A stretch of 64,000 nucleotides of DNA, taken from NCBI GenBank assembly GCA_963809895.1, contig CAWELD010000010.1, forward strand, positions 640,001 to 704,000. Direction: 5' to 3'. The stretch is from an uncultured Gemmatimonadales bacterium (GTDB lineage Bacteria; Gemmatimonadota; Gemmatimonadetes; Longimicrobiales; Gaopeijiaceae). Each line of letters starts with the position of its first letter. Position 1 is the stretch's first letter. Below, piece after piece: positions 42,241 to 51,171 of this stretch. The notes under the pieces were generated by a model. The model was not told the DNA's origin and did not search any database. It saw only the letters and a program-made list of their open reading frames with translations. The position numbers and the translations under genes were made by a program.

Positions 42241-42816
42241 ATGCGGGTGACGTGCGTGAGACACGGGGAGACCGAGCGCAATCGCCAGGGGGTGTTCTCC
42301 GGGGTGGGCTCCGAAGGGATTTCCGATACGCAGCGACAGGCGCTCGTGGGACTGGCGTTCGACGCCACTCCCTACGACGCGTTCTTCTGTAGCCCCGCGG
42401 TCCGGTGCCGGGAAACGGCCGCTGCCCTGGGGATTCAGGATCCGGTGATCGACCCGCGACTGGCGGAGCGCGAGTTCGGTGTGTTCGAGGGACTCACGGT
42501 GGAGGAATGCCGGACCCGACATCCCTCCTCGTTCGAGGCCTTCCGTCGCCTCGACGCCGAGTTCGTGATTCCCGGAGGCGAGAGCCGGGCCCAGCACCTG
42601 GAGCGCGTCATGGGATGGCTTCAGGGGGTCGTCAGGCACCGACACGTCCTCGCCATCACCCACGGCGGTACCATCGACTTTCTCTACCGCATGGGTGCCG
42701 GAGAGCCGATGCACGGCGGACCGACGGTGTTCGCCGGGCCGAACGCGGCGCGATCGACTTTCGAGGTCGACGGTCTGCGGGTTTCGGTCCTCGAGCACGG
42801 GGTGCCGCTGCTGTGA
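42241..42816 (+). CDS. Histidine phosphatase family protein
   Basis: VRHGET, SP..RC.ETA, E..FG.FEG, PGGES, THGG. Confidence 0.9.
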   Translation: MRVTCVRHGETERNRQGVFSGVGSEGISDTQRQALVGLAFDATPYDAFFCSPAVRCRETAAALGIQDPVIDPRLAEREFGVFEGLTVEECRTRHPSSFEAFRRLDAEFVIPGGESRAQHLERVMGWLQGVVRHRHVLAITHGGTIDFLYRMGAGEPMHGGPTVFAGPNAARSTFEVDGLRVSVLEHGVPLL

Positions 42817-43146
42817 GCGGGGAGAGGGCCCCCATCCTCATCGGCTACTTTCCCAAGCGTAGCACCCTGCGCCCGGAGGGGTTCGAGGGTCGCCGCGATC
42901 CGGGAGATCTGCAGCGTTGGTCCGACCTTCGCCATGCTGGGCTACGACATCGTGGGCCGGGGCACGGACGCCTTCGAGTGTTCTCCTCTTTCGTGCAACG
43001 GGTGGGCGAGGGAAATCCCCACGAACCAATGGTGCCTCGTAGACGATCTGGACGAGGCCCTCCGGTTGGCATCCATCGCCGAGGCGAGCGGCTGTGAGCC
43101 GGGCGACTACCTGGTGGTGCAGGTGTGGCGGGAATCGGCGCCGTAG
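42813..43146 (+). pseudogene. Conserved hypothetical protein, frameshifted and probably internally deleted
   Basis: LIGYFPKR, then EICSV joined directly to LGYD..ECSPLSCN..EPG.Y. Confidence 0.5.
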
Positions 43147-43152
43147 CGCGTG

Positions 43153-43617
43153 TCAGCGGATGATGCGCGCCATGACGCGACCCTCGGTCCGGTGACCGTC
43201 CGCGTCGGCGAACGACACCGTGACCGGCCAGGCGGATTCGGCCTCGATCGCGGCGTAGAGGGCCGGGTCGTCGGAGGCGTCGATGGCGGTGCCGAACGTC
43301 TCCTCGACGCCGGATCCGGCCAGGTCGTCCTGGACCGTGATGGCAGCGCCGCCGCACTCGAGATCCGGATACACACCGATGGTCTGCACGACGTCGAGGA
43401 GGTTGTCGGTGCCCTGGGGATCGGTCGCCGTGGCGAACACCACCACCCCGTCGGTCTGCAACTCCAGTCCCACGTCCGTCACCACGGGTCCGTCGGCCTC
43501 CCCGATGAGCGGCAGGGACTCGGTCATGCAGGGGTCCTCGCCGGGGCCGGTGCTGTCGCCGCAGGCGGCGAGGGGGACGATGAGGAGAGCGGCAAGGGAC
43601 ACAGCGCGGAATGTCAT
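43153..43617 (-). CDS. Hypothetical lipoprotein (Ig-like)
   Basis: MTFRAVSLAALLIVPLAAC; RBS GAGG. Confidence 0.7.
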   Translation of the reverse strand: MTFRAVSLAALLIVPLAACGDSTGPGEDPCMTESLPLIGEADGPVVTDVGLELQTDGVVVFATATDPQGTDNLLDVVQTIGVYPDLECGGAAITVQDDLAGSGVEETFGTAIDASDDPALYAAIEAESAWPVTVSFADADGHRTEGRVMARIIR

Positions 43618-43831
43618 GGTGCCTCGGGGTAGACGCGGGATGGCGGTTCGAGGATGAGTACGACGGATACCCCTGCAAGTGACAGACCAACCTCGGCCGC
43701 CGCCTGGCCGGCGGAGCGGGCGATCCTGACTCGGGCTGGCGCGCGGGGGCTGCCCGGGCGCATCTTGTCGCGTAGCAAAAGCGCCATCCCTCGCGCCTCG
43801 TTGGAGGCCACCCCCCCGGGAGGTTCCACTC

Positions 43832-44224
43832 GTGTCCCTGTCCGCCATCCGACATGAACTCGGCGTTCTGGCTGCATCATGCGTCCTGCTGTCCGCCTGC
43901 TCCACCACTGGCCGGACCGTGATGGGACCGCCGGCGCGGCCCGGAGCCGTGCTCACAGGCTTCAGCGAGCCCACGCGGGACCGGCCGGGCTTCGAGTTGT
44001 ATCTTCGGAACAACCTCGAGGAACCGGTCAAGGTGACCAGTATCACTCTGTACGAGTGTGAGAACGTGAAGGGGGGCTGTTTCCAGTGGGACCCCGAGCT
44101 CACGCTCGAGCCCGGTGAGGCGAAGCGAATCAAGGTGGTCGAGCCCGCTCTTCGCAACCGTGGCTTCACATATCGATGGCGATGGACGTATCGTCGGATG
44201 GGTGGGTCCGGTCCAGGTTCCTGA
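43832..44224 (+). CDS. Hypothetical lipoprotein
   Basis: Lipobox LSAC; NNLEEPV..TSITLYECENV. Confidence 0.7.
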   Translation: MSLSAIRHELGVLAASCVLLSACSTTGRTVMGPPARPGAVLTGFSEPTRDRPGFELYLRNNLEEPVKVTSITLYECENVKGGCFQWDPELTLEPGEAKRIKVVEPALRNRGFTYRWRWTYRRMGGSGPGS

Positions 44225-44257
44225 CGGCGGCCCTGCGACACCTTCGAAGAGGGTTGG

Positions 44258-45085
44258 ATGGCAGACCGAGATGATGAGGTTCTGAGCGAGGAGGAGGCGG
44301 CTCGGGTCTGGGGGATTTCCGCGCGGCTCCAGGCTGAGGCAGGAGACCGCGCCGAGGTGCAGGAGATCCCGGCCGCCGCCGACACCGAGCGGCCCGGGTA
44401 TGCCATCGAGCAGGTGCGAGCTGCCGCCCAGGAGGCCGGCATCGGTGACGAGTTCATCGACGCCGCCCTCGTGGAGATTCGCGCCGACCGGGCGCTCTCG
44501 CACCAGCGAGGGGGCCACTGGCTGGCGCGGAAGTTCCTGAAGGATCCACCGGACGCGATCACCGTCAGGCGAGTGATCGACGCCCCGCCTGAAGACGTCT
44601 TCGAGGTGATGAAGACCGTACTTCCGGCCGAGCCGTTCCGGCTCACCCTGACCGATCAGGAGGGCGATCCCCTGGACGGCGGATTCCTGCGCTTCGACCT
44701 GCCCGGCATGAAGGGGCCGTTCGAGCGGGGATTCGCGTTCGAGACCTCAGAGGCCGGGCTCCGAGAGCTCTTCGTCTCGCTCCGTGGCACCGGAGGGACC
44801 GAGGCGGCGTGCGAGCTCACCGTCCGCAGCCCCGTCACGTCGCACAATCTGGGCCTGGGCGTCGGAGTGGTGGCCACTGCCCTGGGCGCCGCGGCCGTGG
44901 GCGCGATCGGGCTCGCGACCGGGCTCGGCCCCATCGTGATCGTCGGCGGCGGTGTCGTCGGTGCGGGTCTCGGCGTGCGGGGGTTCCGAGGGCTGTACGG
45001 ATACGCCATGCGACGAGCTCGCAGAGCGCTGGAAGGGCTCGTCGGTGCGGTGGCGACCCGGGCCACGGGGACCTGGCATGGATAG
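44258..45085 (+). CDS. Conserved hypothetical membrane protein, paralog of 18854
   Basis: LSEEEAARVW..ARLQ and GYAIEQVRAAAQEAGI..FID.AL; C-terminal TMs. Confidence 0.75.
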   Translation: MADRDDEVLSEEEAARVWGISARLQAEAGDRAEVQEIPAAADTERPGYAIEQVRAAAQEAGIGDEFIDAALVEIRADRALSHQRGGHWLARKFLKDPPDAITVRRVIDAPPEDVFEVMKTVLPAEPFRLTLTDQEGDPLDGGFLRFDLPGMKGPFERGFAFETSEAGLRELFVSLRGTGGTEAACELTVRSPVTSHNLGLGVGVVATALGAAAVGAIGLATGLGPIVIVGGGVVGAGLGVRGFRGLYGYAMRRARRALEGLVGAVATRATGTWHG

Positions 45086-45099
45086 TCGTCGACGGAAAG

Positions 45100-45115
45100 C
45101 GTTTCAGCTGAAACG
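45100..45115. promoter_or_regulatory. Perfect 16-bp palindrome, parS-like
   Basis: CGTTTCAGCTGAAACG; core equals the parS core GTTTCACGTGAAAC with central CG changed to GC. Confidence 0.55.
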
Positions 45116-45239
45116 TCCGCTCGCACGCGCATCGACCGCAGCGCGCGCGGAGGTCGGCGGTGGCCAGCCGTGCAGCCGGAGGAGAGACCGAGTCAAACTA
45201 TACCACTGGAGCGGGGCTTTCGAACGGTTCGTCGACAAG

Positions 45240-45318
45240 ACTCGCTGAGCGAGTTGAACTCGTCTAATCGAGGTTGGCGCCGGACACCCGTTGTCGACTT
45301 TGACTCGCTCAGCGAGTC
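45240..45318. repeat. Two copies of palindrome ACTCGCT-S-AGCGAGT
   Basis: 45240-45254 and 45302-45318, centres 63 bp apart, each preceded by GTCGAC. Confidence 0.85.
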
Positions 45319-45523
45319 GAATCGGCAAATCGTCGCTGAAAGGGGCTCCAATGGAACCGGAGCGACATCCGCCTCCCGTTGCGGGTGGCGTCTCGTCCGG
45401 TGCTGCCCCCTCCTGGCATCGGCCACATGGCGCTCACCTTGCGGAGCGTGCTGCTCACGCCGATGGTGGTTCTCCACGGCTGCGGCACTTTGAAAGACCT
45501 GCATCTCGTGATGGAGAAGGACG

Positions 45524-46771
45524 ATGTCACGTCGCCCTCGCAGGAACCAAAGCCCCCTTCAGCACACGGGGATCGTCGCCGTCCTGACGGTTCTGGCTGT
45601 CGTTGGATGCGAGTCAGATACCCGCCTGGGCGACGCCGGGCCCGTCACCCTGGCCGCCGCGGACGTGCACGTGCTGGGCACGTCGACGGCCATCGCCGAG
45701 GTGCGAGATCTCGCCGCGCTGCCGGATGGCTCGACCTGGGTGCTCAACTCGGTGGCGCCCTTCTTCGTCGGCTTCGATGGGGAAGGGGAGCTCATCGATG
45801 CCTACGGGTCGGCGGGCGGTGGTCCCGAGGAGTTCCGCATGCCGGCGGGATTCCTGGAGGGCAACCTCGATGGCCAGGCGTGGGTCTTCGACTTCCTCCG
45901 GCACGCCTTCATCCGGATTTCGGAGCCCGGTGGCGAGCGGACCGAGATCGACCTCCCGCGACAGGAGATACCGGCAGGCACGGTCCGTGGCGGGATGAGT
46001 CTGTTGAGCAACACCGTGCGGACGGCGCGCCTGGGAGACGAGATTGTCATCCCGTGGAGCACCGGGACCATGAGCGAGGGCGTCGCTGCATACCATCTTT
46101 CGCTCATGAAGGCCCACCTCGCGGCTCTGGATCCCGGCACGGGCTCGGTGCGGCAGATCGTCTCGCTCGGCGACGCGCTCGAGGACCCGTCCGACGACTT
46201 CACGGCCCTCGACGGGGGCTTCCCGCTCTGGTACCGGTTGTGGGGGGTCTGCGGCGACAGGGTCCGCGTGTACGACCGCGTTCGAAATCAGTTGCGGGGC
46301 TTCACGGCCTCCGGCGATGAGGTGGATGCCGTCGAACTACCTCCGCCGCCGTTTACCGGAGTGACCCCGCACCAGTTCGCGCTGGCGGTCTTCCCGCTGC
46401 GGCAGGCCGAGGTCACGGGCGCTGTCGGAGAGCGGATGTCCGAAGCGGACAGCGTGCGCCTCCTCAACCGGATGGCGCAGGGCTTTACGGCGAGCCCCAG
46501 CGAGCTCGCCGCCTACCTGCCTCTGTACGTGGACTTCAGATGTTCGAGCGACGGAACCATGTGGCTGCAGCCGCTGGACCCGGACATCGGGGCCCTGAAG
46601 GGCGCGCGTACATGGCTGCGGCTGACGCCCGACGGCGACCTGCGCCGGGTTCAGTTCCCGGAGCGCTTCGACCCCATGCGCTTCAGCCCGGACCGGATCT
46701 GGGGGATCCAGCGCGACGAGCTGGACGTGGCGTCGGTGGCGTGGATCGACCTGTCACAGGATCTCCCGTGA
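45524..46771 (+). CDS. 6-bladed beta-propeller lipoprotein
   Basis: Lipobox VVGC; YGSAGGGPEEF; RDELDVASV. Confidence 0.8.
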   Translation: MSRRPRRNQSPLQHTGIVAVLTVLAVVGCESDTRLGDAGPVTLAAADVHVLGTSTAIAEVRDLAALPDGSTWVLNSVAPFFVGFDGEGELIDAYGSAGGGPEEFRMPAGFLEGNLDGQAWVFDFLRHAFIRISEPGGERTEIDLPRQEIPAGTVRGGMSLLSNTVRTARLGDEIVIPWSTGTMSEGVAAYHLSLMKAHLAALDPGTGSVRQIVSLGDALEDPSDDFTALDGGFPLWYRLWGVCGDRVRVYDRVRNQLRGFTASGDEVDAVELPPPPFTGVTPHQFALAVFPLRQAEVTGAVGERMSEADSVRLLNRMAQGFTASPSELAAYLPLYVDFRCSSDGTMWLQPLDPDIGALKGARTWLRLTPDGDLRRVQFPERFDPMRFSPDRIWGIQRDELDVASVAWIDLSQDLP

Positions 46772-46813
46772 TGCCCTCAGTGGTCGCGTACGCAGTGCGC
46801 AGCGGAGGTGCCC

Positions 46814-47221
46814 ATGGGTGGTGATGCAGTGCCTCGTCCTGGACGGCTCGAGGCCGTCCACCCCGTCCTCATGTGTCGTGACGTCAGCCGCACCATGGAG
46901 TTCTTCCAGCGGCTCGGGTTCAGGGTCCGGTTCATCGACGACTCCGGGGACCCGCGCTACGCCGGGGTCTCGCGCGACGCCGTGGAGCTTCATCTCCAAT
47001 GGCACGACGACAGCCAGTGGGACCACGAGGGCGACCTGCCCTGCTACCGATTCCTGGTGCGGGACATCGATGCGGTGTTTTCCGAATTCGAAAGCGAGGG
47101 GATCGCTCCGGGCGCGCCGAAGGGCCCATGGTGTAGGCCTGCCGACACCCCCTGGGGCACCCGCGAATTCCACCTTCACGACCCCGACGGCAACGTCCTG
47201 CAGTTCTACCAGTCGTCATGA
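46814..47221 (+). CDS. VOC/bleomycin resistance family protein
   Basis: PVL..RDV..FF.RLGF and PWGTREF...DPDGNVL.F. Confidence 0.9.
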   Translation: MGGDAVPRPGRLEAVHPVLMCRDVSRTMEFFQRLGFRVRFIDDSGDPRYAGVSRDAVELHLQWHDDSQWDHEGDLPCYRFLVRDIDAVFSEFESEGIAPGAPKGPWCRPADTPWGTREFHLHDPDGNVLQFYQSS

Positions 47222-47255
47222 TCGTCACTGCCGTGGCCCTCGTTCGGAAGCCGAC

Positions 47256-47864
47256 GTGAAGGATTCCATCATCGAGCTGTACGAGCGCAATGCAGCGGCG
47301 TACGACCGCGACCGGGGTCGAGGTCTCCAGGAGCGGGCCTGGCTGGACCGCTTCCTGGACCACGTGAGGCCTGGTGGCGCCGTGCTCGACCTGGGGTGCG
47401 GGATGGGAGAGCCCATCGCTCGCTACCTGATCGAGAGCGGGTACGAGGTAGTAGGGGTCGACAGCTCATCCACCATGATCGAGCTCTGCCGCCAGCGCTT
47501 TCCGGCGGCCGAGTGGCATGTCGCAGACATGCGCCAGGTGGACCTGGCACGGCGATTCGACGGCATCCTCGCCTGGGACAGCTTCTTCCACCTGGGCCAC
47601 GATGACCAGCGGGCCATGTTCGCGCGATTCGCGTCGCACGCGAAGCCCGGCGCGGCGCTCATGTTCACGAGCGGCTCGGAAGAGGGGGAGGCCATCGGGT
47701 CGTACGAGGGCGAACCGCTCTACCATGCGAGCCTGAGCACGGAGGAGTACCGGCGGCTGCTGGAAGCTCACGGCTTCTCCGTGAGGGCGCATGTGGAGGA
47801 CGACCCCGCCTGCGGGGGGCACACGATCTGGATCGCGAAGCACGCGGGAGCGGCCGCCTCGTGA
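47256..47864 (+). CDS. Class I SAM methyltransferase
   Basis: VLDLGCGMGEP, FDGILAWDSFFHL, LMFTSG, LYHASL. Confidence 0.9.
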   Translation: MKDSIIELYERNAAAYDRDRGRGLQERAWLDRFLDHVRPGGAVLDLGCGMGEPIARYLIESGYEVVGVDSSSTMIELCRQRFPAAEWHVADMRQVDLARRFDGILAWDSFFHLGHDDQRAMFARFASHAKPGAALMFTSGSEEGEAIGSYEGEPLYHASLSTEEYRRLLEAHGFSVRAHVEDDPACGGHTIWIAKHAGAAAS

Positions 47865-47875
47865 GGGATGGCGTA

Positions 47876-48016
47876 GTGCGACGCCGAGGTGCTGTGTCCG
47901 TCCTCGCGTGCGCCACGGCGCTGCTGAGCCTGGCCTGCGCTGACTACCGCTACACCCTCCGGTGCTCCGCGGACTGTGCTCTGCTCGGACGCGCCGGCCC
48001 GGGGTTCCTCAACTGA
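47876..48016 (+). CDS. 46-aa mini-lipoprotein or internally deleted paralog of 23615 (not in ORF track)
   Basis: VRRRGAVSVLACATALLSLACADYRYTLRCSADCALLGRAGPGFLN*. Confidence 0.5.
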   Translation: MRRRGAVSVLACATALLSLACADYRYTLRCSADCALLGRAGPGFLN

Positions 48017-48048
48017 TGGGCGTTTTCACCGCACGCGAGCGAACGCTG

Positions 48049-48077
48049 TTGCATATTTAACTGCGCTGTAGTACAAT
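48049..48077 (+). promoter_or_regulatory. sigma70 promoter of padR-ADOP with overlapping operator-like dyad
   Basis: TTGCAT, 17 bp, TACAAT; imperfect dyad ACTGC-GCT-GTAGT in the spacer. Confidence 0.8.
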
Positions 48078-48109
48078 CGCCGCACCCCCGATTCTACGAG
48101 GTGTCTGCG

Positions 48110-48448
48110 ATGGAATCCCTCGGTGCCTTCGAGCAGTTGGTGCTCTTCTGCGTGCTGCGGCTCGCCGACGATGCCTACGGCGTGACGATCCGTGAGACGC
48201 TGGAGGAGCGGACCGGACGCGTGGTGTCGTCGGGCGCCATCTACACGGCGTTGGCGAGGCTCGAGGAGCGCGGGCTGGTGACCTCGTGGGTGGGGGAGCC
48301 CACGCCCGGCCGCGCGGGCCGTCCTCCGAAGTACTACCGCGTGGAGCCGCCCGGCGCCCAGGCTCTGCTCGCTGCCTACGAGGACCTGAAGTCGGTGGCC
48401 GGCGGGGTCGAAGCAGAGCTCTCGGCGCTGGCAGAGGGAGGATCGTGA
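48110..48448 (+). CDS. PadR family transcriptional regulator
   Basis: LGAFEQLVL, AYGVTI, GAIYTALARLEERGLV, GRPPKYY. Confidence 0.92.
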   Translation: MESLGAFEQLVLFCVLRLADDAYGVTIRETLEERTGRVVSSGAIYTALARLEERGLVTSWVGEPTPGRAGRPPKYYRVEPPGAQALLAAYEDLKSVAGGVEAELSALAEGGS

Positions 48449-51129
48449 GACCCGGGCCCGGACGAGCACTCCGCTGGCTCGCCTCCGTTCTGATCCGGGG
48501 TCCGGGCTCGCGCTTCGTGCTCGGGGACCTGGACGAGGCGATGCAGCGGGATCTCGAGCGGGGCGTGCCGTTGGGGCAGGCTCGGGCACGATACCTGGGA
48601 AACACGCTGGCTTCGGCCTCGAGCCTTGCTTGGGCCCGCGTGTGGCGGCGAGTAGGGTCCCTGCGCGTACCCGGCCTGTCCTGGGTGGACGTGAAGCTCG
48701 GGTGGCGCGTGCTCTGGAAGCATCCGGTGCTCTCGGGAGTCTCGGTCCTGTCGCTGGCCGTGGGGATTCCTCTCGGCCTGGTTCCGGGGCGCGTCATCGA
48801 TGCCCTGGAGGCGCCGCTCCCGGTGGATCACGGCGAGCGCGTCGTGGGCCTCCGCTACTGGAACGTGGAACGATCCGGGCCGGCCCCTGCCACCCTGTAC
48901 GATCTGTCGGTGTGGCGTGAGGCGCTGACCTCGTTCGAAGATCTCGGGGCCGTCCGCGAGGTCCAGGTGAATCTGGACACGGGCACGGACGGCGGACGCC
49001 TGGTCCAGGGCGCACAGGTGACGGCGTCGACCTTCCGAGTCCTGCGGGCGCGACCCTTGTTCGGCCGGATGCTCGACGCGGGAGACGAGCGCCCTGGTGC
49101 CCCGCCCGTGGTGGTGCTGGGCTACGGAATCTGGCGCGGGCGCCTGGGGGCGGATCCTGGGGCGATCGGCGCCACCGTCCGGATCGCGGGCGTGCCCCAC
49201 ACGGTGGTGGGCGTGATGCCCGAGGGATTCCGTTTTCCCCAGCATCAGCAGATGTGGGTGCCTCTGCCGCACGCGTCGGTGGGTGCGGAGGCCCGAGGCC
49301 CGGATGTCCTCGTCTTCGGCCGCCTCGCGGACGACGCGACCCTGGCTGCGGTCCGGGAAGAGTCCGCGGTCGTGGGCCATAGGCTGGCCGCCGATCATCC
49401 GGAGCAGTATCCCCGGCTGCGTGCCGAAGTCGTCTCGTTCGCCGCGGCTGCGCTCGGTTGGCCAGCGGGCGGGCTGCGCGAGGTGCCCGCGGTCCGGCTG
49501 ATTCAGGGGCTCGCCCTGATCCTGCTGCTGGTGGCCTGCGTGAACGTGGGCCTGCTCGTTCTGGCGCGTGCCGCGACCCGGTCCGCGGAGCTCGCGGTGC
49601 GCACGGCGCTGGGAGCGAGTCGGATGCGCATCGTCTCGCAGGTATTCACCGAGGGCCTGGTGCTGGCCGTGCTGGCTGCAGGGCTCGGCGTGGTGCTCGT
49701 GTTCGGGACGATCGGCCGGCTGATGGACGCGGTGTGGGCGTCGGGGCTCCCGAGAATCCCGTATTGGGTGGAGTTGGGGTTCAGCGCGAAGACCGTCCTG
49801 CAGGCGCTCATCCTGGCCGGTATCAGCGCGGCGGCGGCTTCCGTGCTGCCGGCGCTGCGGGTCACCCGCGAACGCAGCGCCGGAGACATTCGCCGTGCAG
49901 GCGGCCCGGCGTGGTCCGGCGTCCGATTCGGGCTCGGAGCCACGGCCTTGATCGTGGCTGACGTGGCCATGGCCGTGGCAGTGACGGGGGCCTCGATCGG
50001 CGCCGGCTATCGGTCCCGCACGGCCCTGTCGAGGCAGGGCGTCGGGAGCTTTCCTGCCGACGAGTACCTCATGGTGGAGGTGCGCCTTCCCGAGAACGGA
50101 CTCTTTACGACCGAGAGAGACACGCCACAGGCCCTCGCCAGCCGCCGCCGGTCGCTGGAGGAACGACTCGTCGCACGCCTACAGGCGGAGCCCGGGGTTC
50201 GAGGCGTGGCCATCGCCAGCGCCCTACCCGGCATGGACCATTCGCGACGGTACGTCGAGGTTGACGGGCGCCTCGACGCCATCGACCGAGCCTCGGTCCG
50301 GCTCGGCTTCTTCCGTGTCTTCGATCGCCCGGTGGTCGCGGGCCGCGATTTTCGACCCGACGACCTCGAGGGCGATCGGCAGGTCGTGATCGTGAACCGC
50401 GCCTTCCAGAAGGAGTTGATGGGCGGGCGGAATCCCCTGGGCCAGACGCTGCGCTACCCCAGCGACGGCGAGTCGGCCCCGTCGTACGAGATCGTGGGTG
50501 TCGCGCCGGATCTCGGCGCGGATCCGCTGAATCCCAGCGGGGGCGCGGCGGTGTATCACGTGGTGGGCGCCGGTGAGCTCAATGCCCTCCTCATGGCCAT
50601 CCACCTGGGTCCCGACCCCACATCCTTCACGCCCCGCATCCGTGCGCTGGTTGCCGAGACCGACCCAGCGGCCATTCTGGGCGGGCCAGTGCGACTCGAT
50701 CGCGTGAGCGTCGAGGCGGCGGGCGTCCTCATTGCCGCTACGACGGGGCTCGCAGTCCTGGCGGGCATCCTCCTGGCCCTTGCAGCTTCAGGCGTCTACG
50801 CCATCATGTCGCACACGGTGTCCCGTCGGACGCGCGAGATCGGCATCCGCGCGGCGCTGGGAGCGAGACCAGCCAGGATCGCCGTGACCATCGGTCGCCG
50901 GGCGGCACTGCAACTGGGTGCCGGCGCGCTGCTCGGCTCACCGTTGGCCGGTTGGCTGTACTTTCTCGTACAGGACGATCCAGGGACCGCGCGGGCGGCC
51001 ATCGCCACCGCGGCGCTCGGTCCGGGCCTGGCTGTGACGCTGCTGGTGGGCACGGCGGCGTGCACTCCCCCTCTGCTCCGGGTCTTGCGCTGCACCCCGA
51101 CCGAGGCCATTCGGGGGGGTAGGAGATGA
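48445..51129 (+). CDS. ADOP-family duplicated ABC permease (MacB_PCD/FtsX x2)
   Basis: GDLDE, LLVACVNV..L.LAR..R..ELAVRTALGASR, VSRRTREIGIRAALGA; GTGA overlap with padR. Confidence 0.92.
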   Translation: MRPGPGRALRWLASVLIRGPGSRFVLGDLDEAMQRDLERGVPLGQARARYLGNTLASASSLAWARVWRRVGSLRVPGLSWVDVKLGWRVLWKHPVLSGVSVLSLAVGIPLGLVPGRVIDALEAPLPVDHGERVVGLRYWNVERSGPAPATLYDLSVWREALTSFEDLGAVREVQVNLDTGTDGGRLVQGAQVTASTFRVLRARPLFGRMLDAGDERPGAPPVVVLGYGIWRGRLGADPGAIGATVRIAGVPHTVVGVMPEGFRFPQHQQMWVPLPHASVGAEARGPDVLVFGRLADDATLAAVREESAVVGHRLAADHPEQYPRLRAEVVSFAAAALGWPAGGLREVPAVRLIQGLALILLLVACVNVGLLVLARAATRSAELAVRTALGASRMRIVSQVFTEGLVLAVLAAGLGVVLVFGTIGRLMDAVWASGLPRIPYWVELGFSAKTVLQALILAGISAAAASVLPALRVTRERSAGDIRRAGGPAWSGVRFGLGATALIVADVAMAVAVTGASIGAGYRSRTALSRQGVGSFPADEYLMVEVRLPENGLFTTERDTPQALASRRRSLEERLVARLQAEPGVRGVAIASALPGMDHSRRYVEVDGRLDAIDRASVRLGFFRVFDRPVVAGRDFRPDDLEGDRQVVIVNRAFQKELMGGRNPLGQTLRYPSDGESAPSYEIVGVAPDLGADPLNPSGGAAVYHVVGAGELNALLMAIHLGPDPTSFTPRIRALVAETDPAAILGGPVRLDRVSVEAAGVLIAATTGLAVLAGILLALAASGVYAIMSHTVSRRTREIGIRAALGARPARIAVTIGRRAALQLGAGALLGSPLAGWLYFLVQDDPGTARAAIATAALGPGLAVTLLVGTAACTPPLLRVLRCTPTEAIRGGRR

Positions 51130-51171
51130 TCCCCGACTCGACCCCTTCCTCTCACACCCGGCTGGAATCGA

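Noticed and set aside
45231..45320. Mini-CRISPR array
   Set aside because: Only two short units, no third repeat and no cas genes.
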